A DNA stretch of 64,000 bases, from contig CBFHXF010000002.1 of NCBI GenBank assembly GCA_965659745.1, positions 2,676 to 66,675 of the forward strand. Direction: 5' to 3'. The DNA is from Bacteroidia bacterium (GTDB lineage Bacteria > Bacteroidota > Bacteroidia > NS11-12g > UBA955). The translations under genes and the position numbers were made by a program. Positions 8,960-18,425 of the stretch are shown piece after piece. The number at the start of each line of letters is the position of its first letter. Position 1 is the first letter of the stretch. Under the pieces are notes generated by a model. That model saw only the letters and a list, made by a program, of their open reading frames with translations. It searched no databases and was not told the DNA's origin.

Positions 8960-11900
8960 ATGTTAGCTAAAATCATATCTCATTCCAAACTTGCCATCAT
9001 AATGGTCATTTTCAGTGCTTTCATTAGTAAAGGCATGTCCCAATTCAATGGCGAAATACAACCCTTTGCAACTGGCAAATGGGTATATATTAGTGTAGGT
9101 AAAGGAGGTTTTTTTAAAATAGGATATGAAGAACTTCAACAATACGGGTTAAATCCTTCTCAGATCAATCCTCGAACAATAAGGCTTTTTGCTTCCCAAG
9201 GTGCTGGATATCCCGATATCAATGGGGCTGTCACTTCAAGCGCTCCTGAAGTGCCCATTTTTGTAAGTGGTGAATCAGACGGTACCTTTGATAAGGGCGA
9301 TTACATCGTATTTTATATCGAACCCCTAGTGTCCTTTGAACCCGACAATGTTCGATTCAATAGAAACCGCCACCAATATGCCCAAAACATAGTGGCGTAC
9401 CTAGGCACGGACAACTCTACAAATGGAAAACGCGTGAATCTTTTATCCAATAATAGCCAAGGTAATGTACCTATTATATATGGTGGATGTGTTTTGGACT
9501 TAATCGAAAACGATATTCAAAATCCATTAGGGATGGGTCGTGTTTGGCTGGGAGAAAAGTTAGGCAATGAAACCTTAAATCGCACCTATAATACCCAAAT
9601 ACCCACTGGGGCTGATTCCACTTGGCTCCAATTCCGAATAGGCGCCTCCATGGTAGATGAAACGGGAAATTTGAATTTTAAATACGGCAATCTGAATTTT
9701 GACCTTTTCCTTCGCAGAAATATTTCCGGCGACGAACCTGTTTACACCCAACAATTTCAGTTACAAACCACCGAAACGGGTAATTTACCATTAAGCTTAA
9801 GTCTTACGCGTAAAAATTCACAGTCGGCCGCTTATCTCGATTATCTTCTTTTGCAATCCTTTGGAAAGCACCAAAATATAACGGCAACCGATTGGTATTA
9901 CCCGCAACTCAAAAATGAAGATGTATCAAAAGGCGTGTTTTTTGAATTCTCGGGGGAAGTTGCAGAACGCCAGGTATGGGATGTTAGCAATCCTTATGCG
10001 CCAGCGCTATTGCCTTCCATTACCCAAGGAGCTAATCAACATTATTATCATGCCAATCCTGTCGCATCGGTGCATTTAGCCGTTCAGGTGATTTCCCAAA
10101 TGAATAAACCTGCGTTTTTGGGAGAAATTGTCCAATCAACCGCCAATACACAAATTGCGCCTACCTTATATATTGTAGATGCGGCCTTCGCTGCCGTATT
10201 AAGAGGATTAGATTGGCCCAATATAAATCCTCAGAGTAAAATAATTACCCTGCAGGAAATCTATCATCAATACAGCGGAGGAGAGCCTGATTTAGGGGCC
10301 ATCAGAGCCTATTTGCGATTCTTGTACACCCATTATAAAGACAATAACGAAAATCCTATTCTCAAGTATGTAACCTTAATCGGTGCGGCGTCTTACGACT
10401 TTTTTGATCGCATTCCAGGGAATACGAATTTCGTGCCTATATATCAGTCTTTAGGGGAACAGAAAACTTCGAATTTTAGTTTAGACGATTATATCGGCTA
10501 TTTGAATGAAGGCGAAGGCGATCCCCGGGTAGGACAGAGTCAGTTGAATGTGATTGTAGGACGTGTTCCTGCTCGGAGTGAGAATGAAATTTTGCAATTT
10601 TTCGAAAAACGCAAAAATTACCTTACCCCTAAAAGTTTGGGATCTTGGAGAAGTAGAATCACCTTCGTAACCGATGATGTAGATGAATCTTGGGAAAAGG
10701 AATTTACTTATGAATCTGAAGATTATGCTAACTATATAACCAAGAACCACCCTTATTTACGCGTGAATCGCATTTATGCGGATGCGTTTGTTCAAAAAAC
10801 CAATGGAAATAATGAAGCATATCCTGAAGTAAGTGCGTCATTAAAAAAGAGTTTTGAAGACGGAAGCTTATTTATCAATTATCAAGGACATGGCGGAGAA
10901 ACCGGTTGGGGACAAGAAGCATTTTTTGACATTCCCACAATCAATTCACTGCAAAACCCCAATAATTACCCCGTTTTATTTACAGCAACCTGTGAATTCT
11001 CCAGATTCGATAACCCATTATTACAATCAGCAGGTGAAAAAACATTGTTTAGAAAAAACGGGGGAGCGATAGCGTTAATGACCACCACTCGCACCGTTTG
11101 GGTTTCTGGAAATTCCATAATTAACGATGCATTTTGGAAGAACTACGGATTTCCGAAACCGAATGAACCGATTCCTACATTGGGCGAATTATATGGAAGG
11201 CTTAAAAATCGACCTCGTTTGAATTCAGAAGATAATAAGTTCGCGTTAATGGGCGATCCTTCGATGAGATTGGCCTTTCCCGAACATGTAGTAGATATCG
11301 ATTCTATTAATGGTGAGCCGTTTGAAAATTTCCAAGATACCCTTAAGGCATTTTCGGTTTTAAGAGTAAAAGGACATGTAAACGAAAGATTGAAGGGTTT
11401 AATGGATGATTTCAATGGAGATTTGGAGGTGGAGATTTTCGATAAGCCCACACAGCAATTCACCCTTGATAACGATAATGCAGGAATTCGAATTCCTTTT
11501 AATCAAGAATCTAGCATCATATATAAAGGTAAGGTAACGGTGAGTAAAGGCCGTTTTGAATTTGCTTTTGCCATACCTAAAGATATATCCTATCAAATAG
11601 GTGAGGGACGTTGTATTTTTTACGCCCAAGACGGTAGGCGAGATGCAGCAGGATTTTGGAAATTTCAAATTGGGGGCTCAAGTGCCATTAAAGATATCGA
11701 TACGGTGGGTCCAATTGTTCGTGCATTTATGGGCGATACCCTATTTATAAATGGTGGTAATGTTCAATCACAGTCAGCTTTTGTGGCGCGTATTTTTGAT
11801 CGTAGTGGATTGAATGCCACAGGGTCAGGTATAGGCAGAGATATGGTTCTAACAATAGACCAAGGAACCAAGGATGAACGCAGTTTTGTGGTTAATGAGT

Positions 11901-12370
11901 TTTTTAGTTATGATGCAAACTCCTATCAGCAGGGTACTATTGTATTTCCTTTAGATAATTTAACCCCAGGAATGCATAAGGCACATATCAAAGTTTGGGA
12001 TATTTTTAATAATTCAGGAACTGCAGAAGTTGATTTCAATGTGGGACCTGCACGCGAATTGAAAATTTCAGAGTCTCTAGCGATTCCTAATCCGATAAAT
12101 TCACTCGAAAATTTGCGATTTTCGCTAATTCATAACATGCCCAACGAGGACTTAAACGCGAAAGTTTCAGTCTATACCCTAAGCGGGGTAAGGGTTTTCG
12201 AGCGTGAAGCGTTCATTTGGTCGGCTCCAAGCAAATTAATTTTACCCGAAATCCACGAAGATTGGTTTGGGGGATTCGATTTGCCAGCGGGTCTTTACGT
12301 TTATCAGATCCAGTTAACTACCCAAGACGGCTTGTCTGATAGGGTTTCTGGAAAGATGATTAAACCGTAA
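8960..12370 (+). CDS. porU: type IX secretion system C-terminal signal peptidase/sortase PorU (peptidase C25-like)
   Basis: 1136 aa with a signal peptide. The gingipain-like core has VTLIGAASYDFFDR, FVPIYQS and VGRVPARSENEI. The CTD-like C-terminus contains GLYVYQIQLTT. It lies immediately upstream of porV and next to gldJ. Confidence 0.85.
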   Translation: MLAKIISHSKLAIIMVIFSAFISKGMSQFNGEIQPFATGKWVYISVGKGGFFKIGYEELQQYGLNPSQINPRTIRLFASQGAGYPDINGAVTSSAPEVPIFVSGESDGTFDKGDYIVFYIEPLVSFEPDNVRFNRNRHQYAQNIVAYLGTDNSTNGKRVNLLSNNSQGNVPIIYGGCVLDLIENDIQNPLGMGRVWLGEKLGNETLNRTYNTQIPTGADSTWLQFRIGASMVDETGNLNFKYGNLNFDLFLRRNISGDEPVYTQQFQLQTTETGNLPLSLSLTRKNSQSAAYLDYLLLQSFGKHQNITATDWYYPQLKNEDVSKGVFFEFSGEVAERQVWDVSNPYAPALLPSITQGANQHYYHANPVASVHLAVQVISQMNKPAFLGEIVQSTANTQIAPTLYIVDAAFAAVLRGLDWPNINPQSKIITLQEIYHQYSGGEPDLGAIRAYLRFLYTHYKDNNENPILKYVTLIGAASYDFFDRIPGNTNFVPIYQSLGEQKTSNFSLDDYIGYLNEGEGDPRVGQSQLNVIVGRVPARSENEILQFFEKRKNYLTPKSLGSWRSRITFVTDDVDESWEKEFTYESEDYANYITKNHPYLRVNRIYADAFVQKTNGNNEAYPEVSASLKKSFEDGSLFINYQGHGGETGWGQEAFFDIPTINSLQNPNNYPVLFTATCEFSRFDNPLLQSAGEKTLFRKNGGAIALMTTTRTVWVSGNSIINDAFWKNYGFPKPNEPIPTLGELYGRLKNRPRLNSEDNKFALMGDPSMRLAFPEHVVDIDSINGEPFENFQDTLKAFSVLRVKGHVNERLKGLMDDFNGDLEVEIFDKPTQQFTLDNDNAGIRIPFNQESSIIYKGKVTVSKGRFEFAFAIPKDISYQIGEGRCIFYAQDGRRDAAGFWKFQIGGSSAIKDIDTVGPIVRAFMGDTLFINGGNVQSQSAFVARIFDRSGLNATGSGIGRDMVLTIDQGTKDERSFVVNEFFSYDANSYQQGTIVFPLDNLTPGMHKAHIKVWDIFNNSGTAEVDFNVGPARELKISESLAIPNPINSLENLRFSLIHNMPNEDLNAKVSVYTLSGVRVFEREAFIWSAPSKLILPEIHEDWFGGFDLPAGLYVYQIQLTTQDGLSDRVSGKMIKP

Positions 12371-12458
12371 ACAAATGAAACAAAAAACCAAAAAGATGAA
12401 TCAACGTAAAAAAAATTACCAATCTAAAGAACGAAACCCTATTTTTGTTGGGTTACCT

Positions 12459-13679
12459 ATGTCGAGGAAATTAGTATGTGCAGCTTTGGGCTGCCTAGCA
12501 TTTGCAAGCTCCAATCTTAAGGCTCAAATAACAACGGGTCAAATCACCGGGGCAGAATTATCTGGCGAATTGAATGCAGTGAGCACAATGGTGCCCTTTT
12601 TAACAATTTCTCCAGACAGCCGTTCTGCCGCAATGGGAGATGTAGGAGTAGCACTTTTCAATCCAGATGCCAACAGTGCCGCTTGGAATAATGCCAATTT
12701 AACTTTTGCTGAGAATAAAACAGGATTCTCGCTTTCTTATGCACCTTGGTTGCGTCAGTTAGTAAACGATGTAGGGTTTTCTTACTTGTCGGGATATTCG
12801 AAAATTGGCAAAAATTCTGCCGTATCTGGATCTTTCCGTTATTTCTCATTGGGAAATATAAACTTTACCGATTTTGACGGTAATCCAACAGGTAGTTTCA
12901 ACCCTAATGAATTTGCATTCGATATTGGTTATGCCACAAAATTTTCTGAGAAATTTGCAATGGGCGTTAATTTGCGCTATATCTACTCCAATTTAGTAGG
13001 ATCAGGTGTTCGCAACGGAATTGATTATACAGCGGGAACCTCTGTAGCCGGTGATATAAGCTTAATATATCGCGATGAAATTAGGGCCGCTGGCAAAAGG
13101 CACCGCTTTAACGTAGGATTGAATTTGCAGAATATTGGTGCTAAAATGACCTATTCTTCAGAAGAAAAAAGAGATTTTATTCCTACCAATATGAAGTTTG
13201 GCGTAGGTTATAAATATGAAATTGATGATCATAATGAATTGTTTATTTACGCTGATGTAAACAAATTACTGGTTCCGACCCCGCCATTTGTACTTCAAAA
13301 ATATACTGGAGGCGATTCTATCGATCCTAATACCAACCAAGTGGCCATCATCGGAAAAAATAAAAATGTAAGTCCAGTTCAAGGTATTATCCAGTCTTTT
13401 TACGATGCGCCAGGTGGATTTTCAGAAGAAATTCGTGAATGGACACCTTCTGCAGGTTTTGAATATGTTTATGAGAAGATGTTTGCCTTAAGAGGAGGAA
13501 TGTTTTATGAAGCAGCAACAAAAGGCGGCCGTCAATACATGACATTAGGGATGGGACTTAAATTCGAATCTCTTACTTTAGATGCGGCTTATCTAATTCC
13601 TTTTGCCAACCGTCATCCCTTACAAAATCAAATGAGATTTTCATTGTTATTCGATATGTCATCTTTATCTGATGATTAA
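12459..13679 (+). CDS. porV: type IX secretion outer-membrane shuttle protein PorV (LptO)
   Basis: Signal peptide MSRKLVCAALGCLAFASSNLKAQ and the family motif LTISPDSRSAAMGDVGVA, with a beta-barrel-like alternating pattern. I trimmed the ORF-track start (12375) to 12459. Confidence 0.85.
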   Translation: MSRKLVCAALGCLAFASSNLKAQITTGQITGAELSGELNAVSTMVPFLTISPDSRSAAMGDVGVALFNPDANSAAWNNANLTFAENKTGFSLSYAPWLRQLVNDVGFSYLSGYSKIGKNSAVSGSFRYFSLGNINFTDFDGNPTGSFNPNEFAFDIGYATKFSEKFAMGVNLRYIYSNLVGSGVRNGIDYTAGTSVAGDISLIYRDEIRAAGKRHRFNVGLNLQNIGAKMTYSSEEKRDFIPTNMKFGVGYKYEIDDHNELFIYADVNKLLVPTPPFVLQKYTGGDSIDPNTNQVAIIGKNKNVSPVQGIIQSFYDAPGGFSEEIREWTPSAGFEYVYEKMFALRGGMFYEAATKGGRQYMTLGMGLKFESLTLDAAYLIPFANRHPLQNQMRFSLLFDMSSLSDD

Positions 13680-13730
13680 TCCGACAACCTAAATAAAGAT
13701 AATAAGTTACTCTTTAAAAGCATTCTAAAG

Positions 13731-13764
13731 GAAGCTGCCTCATAACCGGGGCAGCTTTTTTTTG
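13731..13764 (+). terminator. rho-independent terminator after porV
   Basis: The stem pairs aagctgcc with ggcagctt, followed by a T8 run. Confidence 0.7.
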
Positions 13765-13966
13765 CGAATAACTTGTGTATCGGAAGTAACTTTTGCATTT
13801 GGTAGATGAGTAGCCATTAGGATAATGGTGAAAATTCAAGCGTATGCCGGCTTATAATATTGATCAAACTTTGTGAATTGGTAGTAAATGGTAAATTATG
13901 ACGCTATTACGAATGAATTAGAGTCCTTGTAATGGCACTTTTTGGTATTTATTACTCATACTTGCG

Positions 13967-13974
13967 TAACTTTG
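13967..13974 (+). promoter_or_regulatory. -7 promoter box (TAACTTTG) only 4 nt upstream of the carboxyltransferase ATG
   Basis: The sequence reads TAACTTTG-cagc-ATG. See the finding on leaderless architecture. Confidence 0.45.
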
Positions 13975-13978
13975 CAGC

Positions 13979-15520
13979 ATGTCGGATCCTAGAGAAAAAT
14001 TGGCCCAGAAAAGGGTCGATGCCCTTCAAGGCGGTGGACCTAAACGCGTTGAAGCACAACATGCAAAGGGGAAGTTAACAGCAAGAGAGCGAATTGACTT
14101 GCTTTTAGACGAAGGATCTTTCCAAGAAATTGGCAATATGGTAGTGCATCGCAGCCATGATTTTGGTATGGACCAACAGCGTTTACTAGGAGATGGCGTG
14201 GTTACAGGATATGGTAAAATCCACGGTCGATTGGTATATGTATTCTCGCAAGATTTCACCGTTTTTGGTGGTTCATTGTCAGAAACGCATGCTGAGAAAA
14301 TTTGTAAAATTATGGACTTGGCCCTTGAAAATGGAGCCCCTGTTATCGGCTTGAACGACTCAGGTGGTGCAAGAATTCAAGAAGGTGTTGTTTCTTTAGG
14401 TGGATATGCCGACATATTCTACCGAAATACGCGCAGTAGTGGGGTAGTTCCGCAAATAAGCGCTATTATGGGTCCCTGTGCCGGTGGTGCTGTATATTCA
14501 CCCGCTTTAACAGACTTTATTTTCATGGTTGAAAAAACCAGTTACATGTTTGTAACGGGTCCCAATGTTGTAAAGACGGTAACGAACGAAGATGTTAGTG
14601 CAGAAGATTTAGGTGGAGCCTCTGTACATGGAGCCAAAAGTGGTGTTGCACATTTTACGGTCGCCAATGAAGTTATGTGTTTGACCCAGATTAGAGATTT
14701 GATGCAATATATTCCTCAAAATTGCGAGGAGAAATCTCCTTTGAAATTCTACCAAGGTCAATCTGAGATTCGTGAAAAACTAAAAAATATCATTCCTGAC
14801 AACCCCAATCAACCTTACGATATAAAAGAAGTAATTGAAGAAATAGTCGATGCAGACTCTTTTATGGAAGTCCATAAAGATTTTGCTGAAAACATTGTAG
14901 TCGGATTTGGTCGTTTAGCTGGCAGAAGTATTGGAATCATCGCCAATCAGCCTAGTTATTTAGCAGGAGTTTTAGACGTTCGTAGCAGTCAAAAAGGAGC
15001 CCGCTTTGTTCGTTTTTGCGACGCTTTCAACATACCCTTGTTGGTATTAGAGGATGTACCCGGATTTTTGCCAGGTACGGATCAGGAATGGAATGCTATT
15101 ATCACTAATGGAGCTAAATTACTTTATGCCTTTAGTGAAGCAACAGTGCCAAGAATTACGGTAATTACCCGTAAAGCATATGGAGGTGCCTACGATGTGA
15201 TGAATTCTAAGCACATAGGTGCCGATATGAACTTTGCTTGGCCCACAGCGGAAATTGCCGTTATGGGGGCAAAAGGCGCCGCTGAGATTATCTTCAAAAA
15301 AGAAATTGATTCCGCTGAAAATAGAGATACCGCATGGAAGGAAAAAGAAAAAGAATATTCCGATATTTTTGCCAATCCCTATAGAGCCGCTGAAAGAGGA
15401 TTTGTAGACGAAGTAATCTACCCAGAAGAAACCCGTGAAAAACTAATACGTGCTTTTGAAATGTTGCAAAACAAAGTGGCCAATAATCCACGTAAAAAGC
15501 ACGGTAATATGCCGCTTTAA
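13979..15520 (+). CDS. acyl-CoA (propionyl-/methylmalonyl-CoA type) carboxylase, carboxyltransferase beta subunit
   Basis: 513 aa with carboxyl-transferase-domain signatures [27 protein letters not shown] and [13 protein letters not shown]. Confidence 0.9.
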   Translation: MSDPREKLAQKRVDALQGGGPKRVEAQHAKGKLTARERIDLLLDEGSFQEIGNMVVHRSHDFGMDQQRLLGDGVVTGYGKIHGRLVYVFSQDFTVFGGSLSETHAEKICKIMDLALENGAPVIGLNDSGGARIQEGVVSLGGYADIFYRNTRSSGVVPQISAIMGPCAGGAVYSPALTDFIFMVEKTSYMFVTGPNVVKTVTNEDVSAEDLGGASVHGAKSGVAHFTVANEVMCLTQIRDLMQYIPQNCEEKSPLKFYQGQSEIREKLKNIIPDNPNQPYDIKEVIEEIVDADSFMEVHKDFAENIVVGFGRLAGRSIGIIANQPSYLAGVLDVRSSQKGARFVRFCDAFNIPLLVLEDVPGFLPGTDQEWNAIITNGAKLLYAFSEATVPRITVITRKAYGGAYDVMNSKHIGADMNFAWPTAEIAVMGAKGAAEIIFKKEIDSAENRDTAWKEKEKEYSDIFANPYRAAERGFVDEVIYPEETREKLIRAFEMLQNKVANNPRKKHGNMPL

Positions 15521-15563
15521 CTTTTTTTTATTTTATTTGCTAACCAAACTAAGCCATTCAAAT

Positions 15564-16034
15564 ATGGAACTAAAAGACATCCAAACACTTATCAAGTTTG
15601 TTTCCCAAAATGCTGTTGACGAAGTAGAGATCAATCGCAAAGATTTTAAACTTTTAATCAAAAAGAACCCACAACAATTTGTAACGGCTCAGGTTCAAGC
15701 CCCGGTTGCTCAAGCAAGTGTTGCACCTGCTCCAGTTGCCGCAGCACCTGCAGCGGCTGCTGCCCCTGCCCAAGAAGCGGCGGTTGCCTCCAATTTAATT
15801 GAAATCAAATCACCTATGGTCGGGACATTCTACCGTGCCGCCAATCCAGAATCGCCAACGTTTGCAAATGTGGGTGATGAAATATCTCCTGGTAAAGTGG
15901 TTTGTATCATTGAAGCAATGAAATTATTCAATGAAATTGAAAGTGAAGTTAAAGGTAAAATCGTTAAAGTATTGGTTGATAATGCAAGCCCAGTAGAATA
16001 CGATCAGCCTTTATTCCTTGTAGAACCCGCCTAA
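15564..16034 (+). CDS. accB: biotin carboxyl carrier protein
   Basis: An Ala/Pro-rich linker is followed by a biotinyl domain with [13 protein letters not shown] (the biotinyl-Lys motif). I trimmed the ORF-track start (15450) to the ATG at 15564. Confidence 0.9.
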   Translation: MELKDIQTLIKFVSQNAVDEVEINRKDFKLLIKKNPQQFVTAQVQAPVAQASVAPAPVAAAPAAAAAPAQEAAVASNLIEIKSPMVGTFYRAANPESPTFANVGDEISPGKVVCIIEAMKLFNEIESEVKGKIVKVLVDNASPVEYDQPLFLVEPA

Positions 16035-16045
16035 TTAAAGCCATT

Positions 16046-17383
16046 ATGTTTAAGAAAATACTCATCGCAAATCGCGGTGAAATTGCGCTACGTATTATTC
16101 GTACCTGTAAAGAAATGGGTATTGGTACAGTAGCGGTTTATTCAACGGCAGATAAAGAAAGCCTTCATGTGCGTTTTGCAGATGAGGCTGTATGTATTGG
16201 CCCACCACAAAGCCGCGACAGTTATTTAAATATTCCTAGGATATTAGCCGCCGCTGAGGTTACCAATGCCGATGCAATTCATCCGGGTTACGGATTTTTA
16301 TCTGAAAACAGTAAGTTTAGTGCGCTCTGTCGCGATCATGGTATAAAATTTATCGGTGCTACCCCAGAACAAATTGATGGAATGGGCGACAAAAGCAACG
16401 CTAAAGAAACCATGAAAAAGGCAGGCGTTCCTACTATTCCTGGTTCTGAAGGACTTTTAGAAAGTATAGACCAAGCCAAGAACATTGCCAATGAAATTGG
16501 TTATCCTGTTATCATGAAGGCTACCGCCGGAGGTGGAGGTCGTGGAATGCGTATTGTTTGGAACGACGATGAAATAGAAGGGGCTTGGAATAGTGCTAAA
16601 CAAGAAGCCGGTGCTGCTTTTGGTAACGACGGACTCTATATGGAGAAATACATAGAAGAGCCTCGACATATTGAAATTCAAATTGCAGGTGATCAATACG
16701 GTAAAGTATGTCATTTGAGCGAACGCGATTGCTCTATACAAAGAAGACATCAAAAACTCATTGAAGAAACACCTTCTCCTTTTATGACAGATGAATTGCG
16801 TCAAAAAATGGGAGATGCCGCTAAAGCAGCTGCACAAATTATCAATTATGAAGGAGTCGGTACCGTAGAGTTCTTAGTTGATAAACATAGAAACTTCTAC
16901 TTTATGGAAATGAATACCCGTATTCAAGTAGAACATCCTGTTACCGAGGAAGTAATTAATTATGACTTGGTAAAAGAACAAATTCTGATAGCCGCTGGAG
17001 TGCCTATTTCAGGGAAAGATTATTATCCCACAAAAGCAGCTATAGAAGTTCGTATTAATGCAGAAGATGTTTACAAAGACTTTAGACCTAGTCCAGGTAA
17101 AATAAAAGTTTTGCACAAGCCTGGTGGACATGGTGTGCGGGTAGATTCTCATATCTATGCGGGATACACCATACCGCCGTATTATGATTCTATGATTGCC
17201 AAACTTATCGTTTCCGCGCAAACTAGAGAAGAAGCCATAGTTAAAATGGAACGAGCTTTAAGCGAATTTGTAATTGAAGGTATAGAAACTACCATCCCGT
17301 TACATCAGCAGTTGATGAAAAACGAAGATTTCAGAAAAGGCAACTTTACAACGGCCTTCATGAATACTTTTAAAATGAAGTAA
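16046..17383 (+). CDS. accC: biotin carboxylase
   Basis: 445 aa with [19 protein letters not shown], the ATP-grasp motif GGGGRGMR and [15 protein letters not shown]. Confidence 0.95.
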   Translation: MFKKILIANRGEIALRIIRTCKEMGIGTVAVYSTADKESLHVRFADEAVCIGPPQSRDSYLNIPRILAAAEVTNADAIHPGYGFLSENSKFSALCRDHGIKFIGATPEQIDGMGDKSNAKETMKKAGVPTIPGSEGLLESIDQAKNIANEIGYPVIMKATAGGGGRGMRIVWNDDEIEGAWNSAKQEAGAAFGNDGLYMEKYIEEPRHIEIQIAGDQYGKVCHLSERDCSIQRRHQKLIEETPSPFMTDELRQKMGDAAKAAAQIINYEGVGTVEFLVDKHRNFYFMEMNTRIQVEHPVTEEVINYDLVKEQILIAAGVPISGKDYYPTKAAIEVRINAEDVYKDFRPSPGKIKVLHKPGGHGVRVDSHIYAGYTIPPYYDSMIAKLIVSAQTREEAIVKMERALSEFVIEGIETTIPLHQQLMKNEDFRKGNFTTAFMNTFKMK

Positions 17384-17451
17384 GGAGCTATTCTAATTTT
17401 TGGCACGGTATTTGAAAGTAGATTATCAAAACAAACTAAAACTAAAACATC

Positions 17452-17901
17452 ATGAAAAAGTTAACCTTACTCTTCGCAGTTGCTTTCGCAGTAGTTGGAT
17501 CTGCAATGGCACAAATGGCAATCCCTGGTGAAGTATTCGCCGGCAACCCTTCTCGTTTCAATGGTCGTAAAACAACCATCAAAAACATTGAAATCGTTAA
17601 AGCTGACGCTCATGGCGGACCTTCAATCGGCGGTCCTGCTGGAAGCTTCCAAGGCGCTCCTGGTGCTGCTGGAACTCCAAGCGCTCCTGCAACTCACCCA
17701 TGTCGTCCTCCACGTGGATTCTCTGAAGTATCAGTATTCTTCAAAGGTGCACCTGAGTTCAAAGGATGTTTCTTTATGGCTGATAACATGAAGACTCAAT
17801 TAGATCGCGAATGTGGACATGAAAACACCCCTGCACAAATTTCCTTCCGTGGAGACAGTCGTATGGGTTACCACATCACTTTCTACCGCTTAGGTATGTA
17901 A
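17452..17901 (+). CDS. small secreted protein, function unknown
   Basis: 149 aa with signal peptide MKKLTLLFAVAFAVVGSAMAQ, a central Gly/Pro/Ala-rich stretch and 3 Cys. Codon choice is biased (cgt, ggt, ttc, atc), as in highly expressed genes. A strong terminator follows. Confidence 0.6.
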   Translation: MKKLTLLFAVAFAVVGSAMAQMAIPGEVFAGNPSRFNGRKTTIKNIEIVKADAHGGPSIGGPAGSFQGAPGAAGTPSAPATHPCRPPRGFSEVSVFFKGAPEFKGCFFMADNMKTQLDRECGHENTPAQISFRGDSRMGYHITFYRLGM

Positions 17902-17918
17902 TTTCGATTGTAAATCAT

Positions 17919-17957
17919 AAGAAAGGCCATCTGAAAAGATGGCCTTTCTCTGTTTTA
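17919..17957 (+). terminator. rho-independent terminator
   Basis: A 12-bp stem pairs agaaaggccatc with gatggcctttct, followed by ctgtttt. It lies between two convergent genes. Confidence 0.75.
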
Positions 17958-18011
17958 TTGGATCTGTCTACTCAATTAGTGGGATTAATTTCAATTTGGA
18001 GGCTTAGGAAC

Positions 18012-18413
18012 TTATTTAAACCTAACACCTTTGGCCAAAAATTTAGTTTCCAGTTCAAAACTAGCGATACTCGTATCAGTTGCATCTTCATTCCAAATGG
18101 TGTCTTGGTAGAAATTCCCAATAGCGTAAAGATCTTTTTTAGCGATGCCTTTCGGTACGGTAAATTTATCATTAAAGTCCACTATAATATTTTTATCATG
18201 TAAGTCATAACTGAACCAACAGCCCTCGGCTTGACATACTTCTTTGACTCTTCCAAAAACTATAAATTCCGATTTCCCAGAATTCTGAAATTCTTTGAAA
18301 GCCTCTTTCATCGAAATGGCATTTTGTGTGTCAACTGGATCTCCAATTTGATTGAAGTCGCCGCAAGAAACAGCGCCTATCAATACAGTCAATGAAATAA
18401 TTGCAATTCTCAT
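18012..18413 (-). CDS. small lipoprotein, DUF4920-like
   Basis: 133 aa with lipoprotein signal MRIAIISLTVLIGAVSC. The segment GRVKEVCQAEGCWF resembles the conserved VCQxxGCW core I associate with DUF4920. Confidence 0.5.
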   Translation of the reverse strand: MRIAIISLTVLIGAVSCGDFNQIGDPVDTQNAISMKEAFKEFQNSGKSEFIVFGRVKEVCQAEGCWFSYDLHDKNIIVDFNDKFTVPKGIAKKDLYAIGNFYQDTIWNEDATDTSIASFELETKFLAKGVRFK

Positions 18414-18417
18414 AATA

Positions 18418-18425
18418 CAAATTTA
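18418..18425 (-). promoter_or_regulatory. -7 promoter box (TAAATTTG) 4 nt upstream of the ATG at 18413
   Basis: The sequence reads TAAATTTG-tatt-ATG. The box overlaps the stop codon of the upstream gene. Confidence 0.4.

Noticed and set aside
15690-15790. Repetitive GC-rich stretch (gcagc/cctgc units) that looks like a tandem repeat
   Set aside because: It encodes the Ala/Pro-rich flexible linker that BCCP proteins normally have between the N-terminal and biotinyl domains. It is not an independent repeat element.
17495-17791. 98-aa ORF in an alternative plus-strand frame inside the 149-aa secreted-protein gene
   Set aside because: Its Leu-rich low-complexity sequence is what an out-of-frame reading of Ala/Gly/Pro codons produces. 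It has no signal peptide and no start context. The 149-aa frame has a signal peptide and runs to the terminator.
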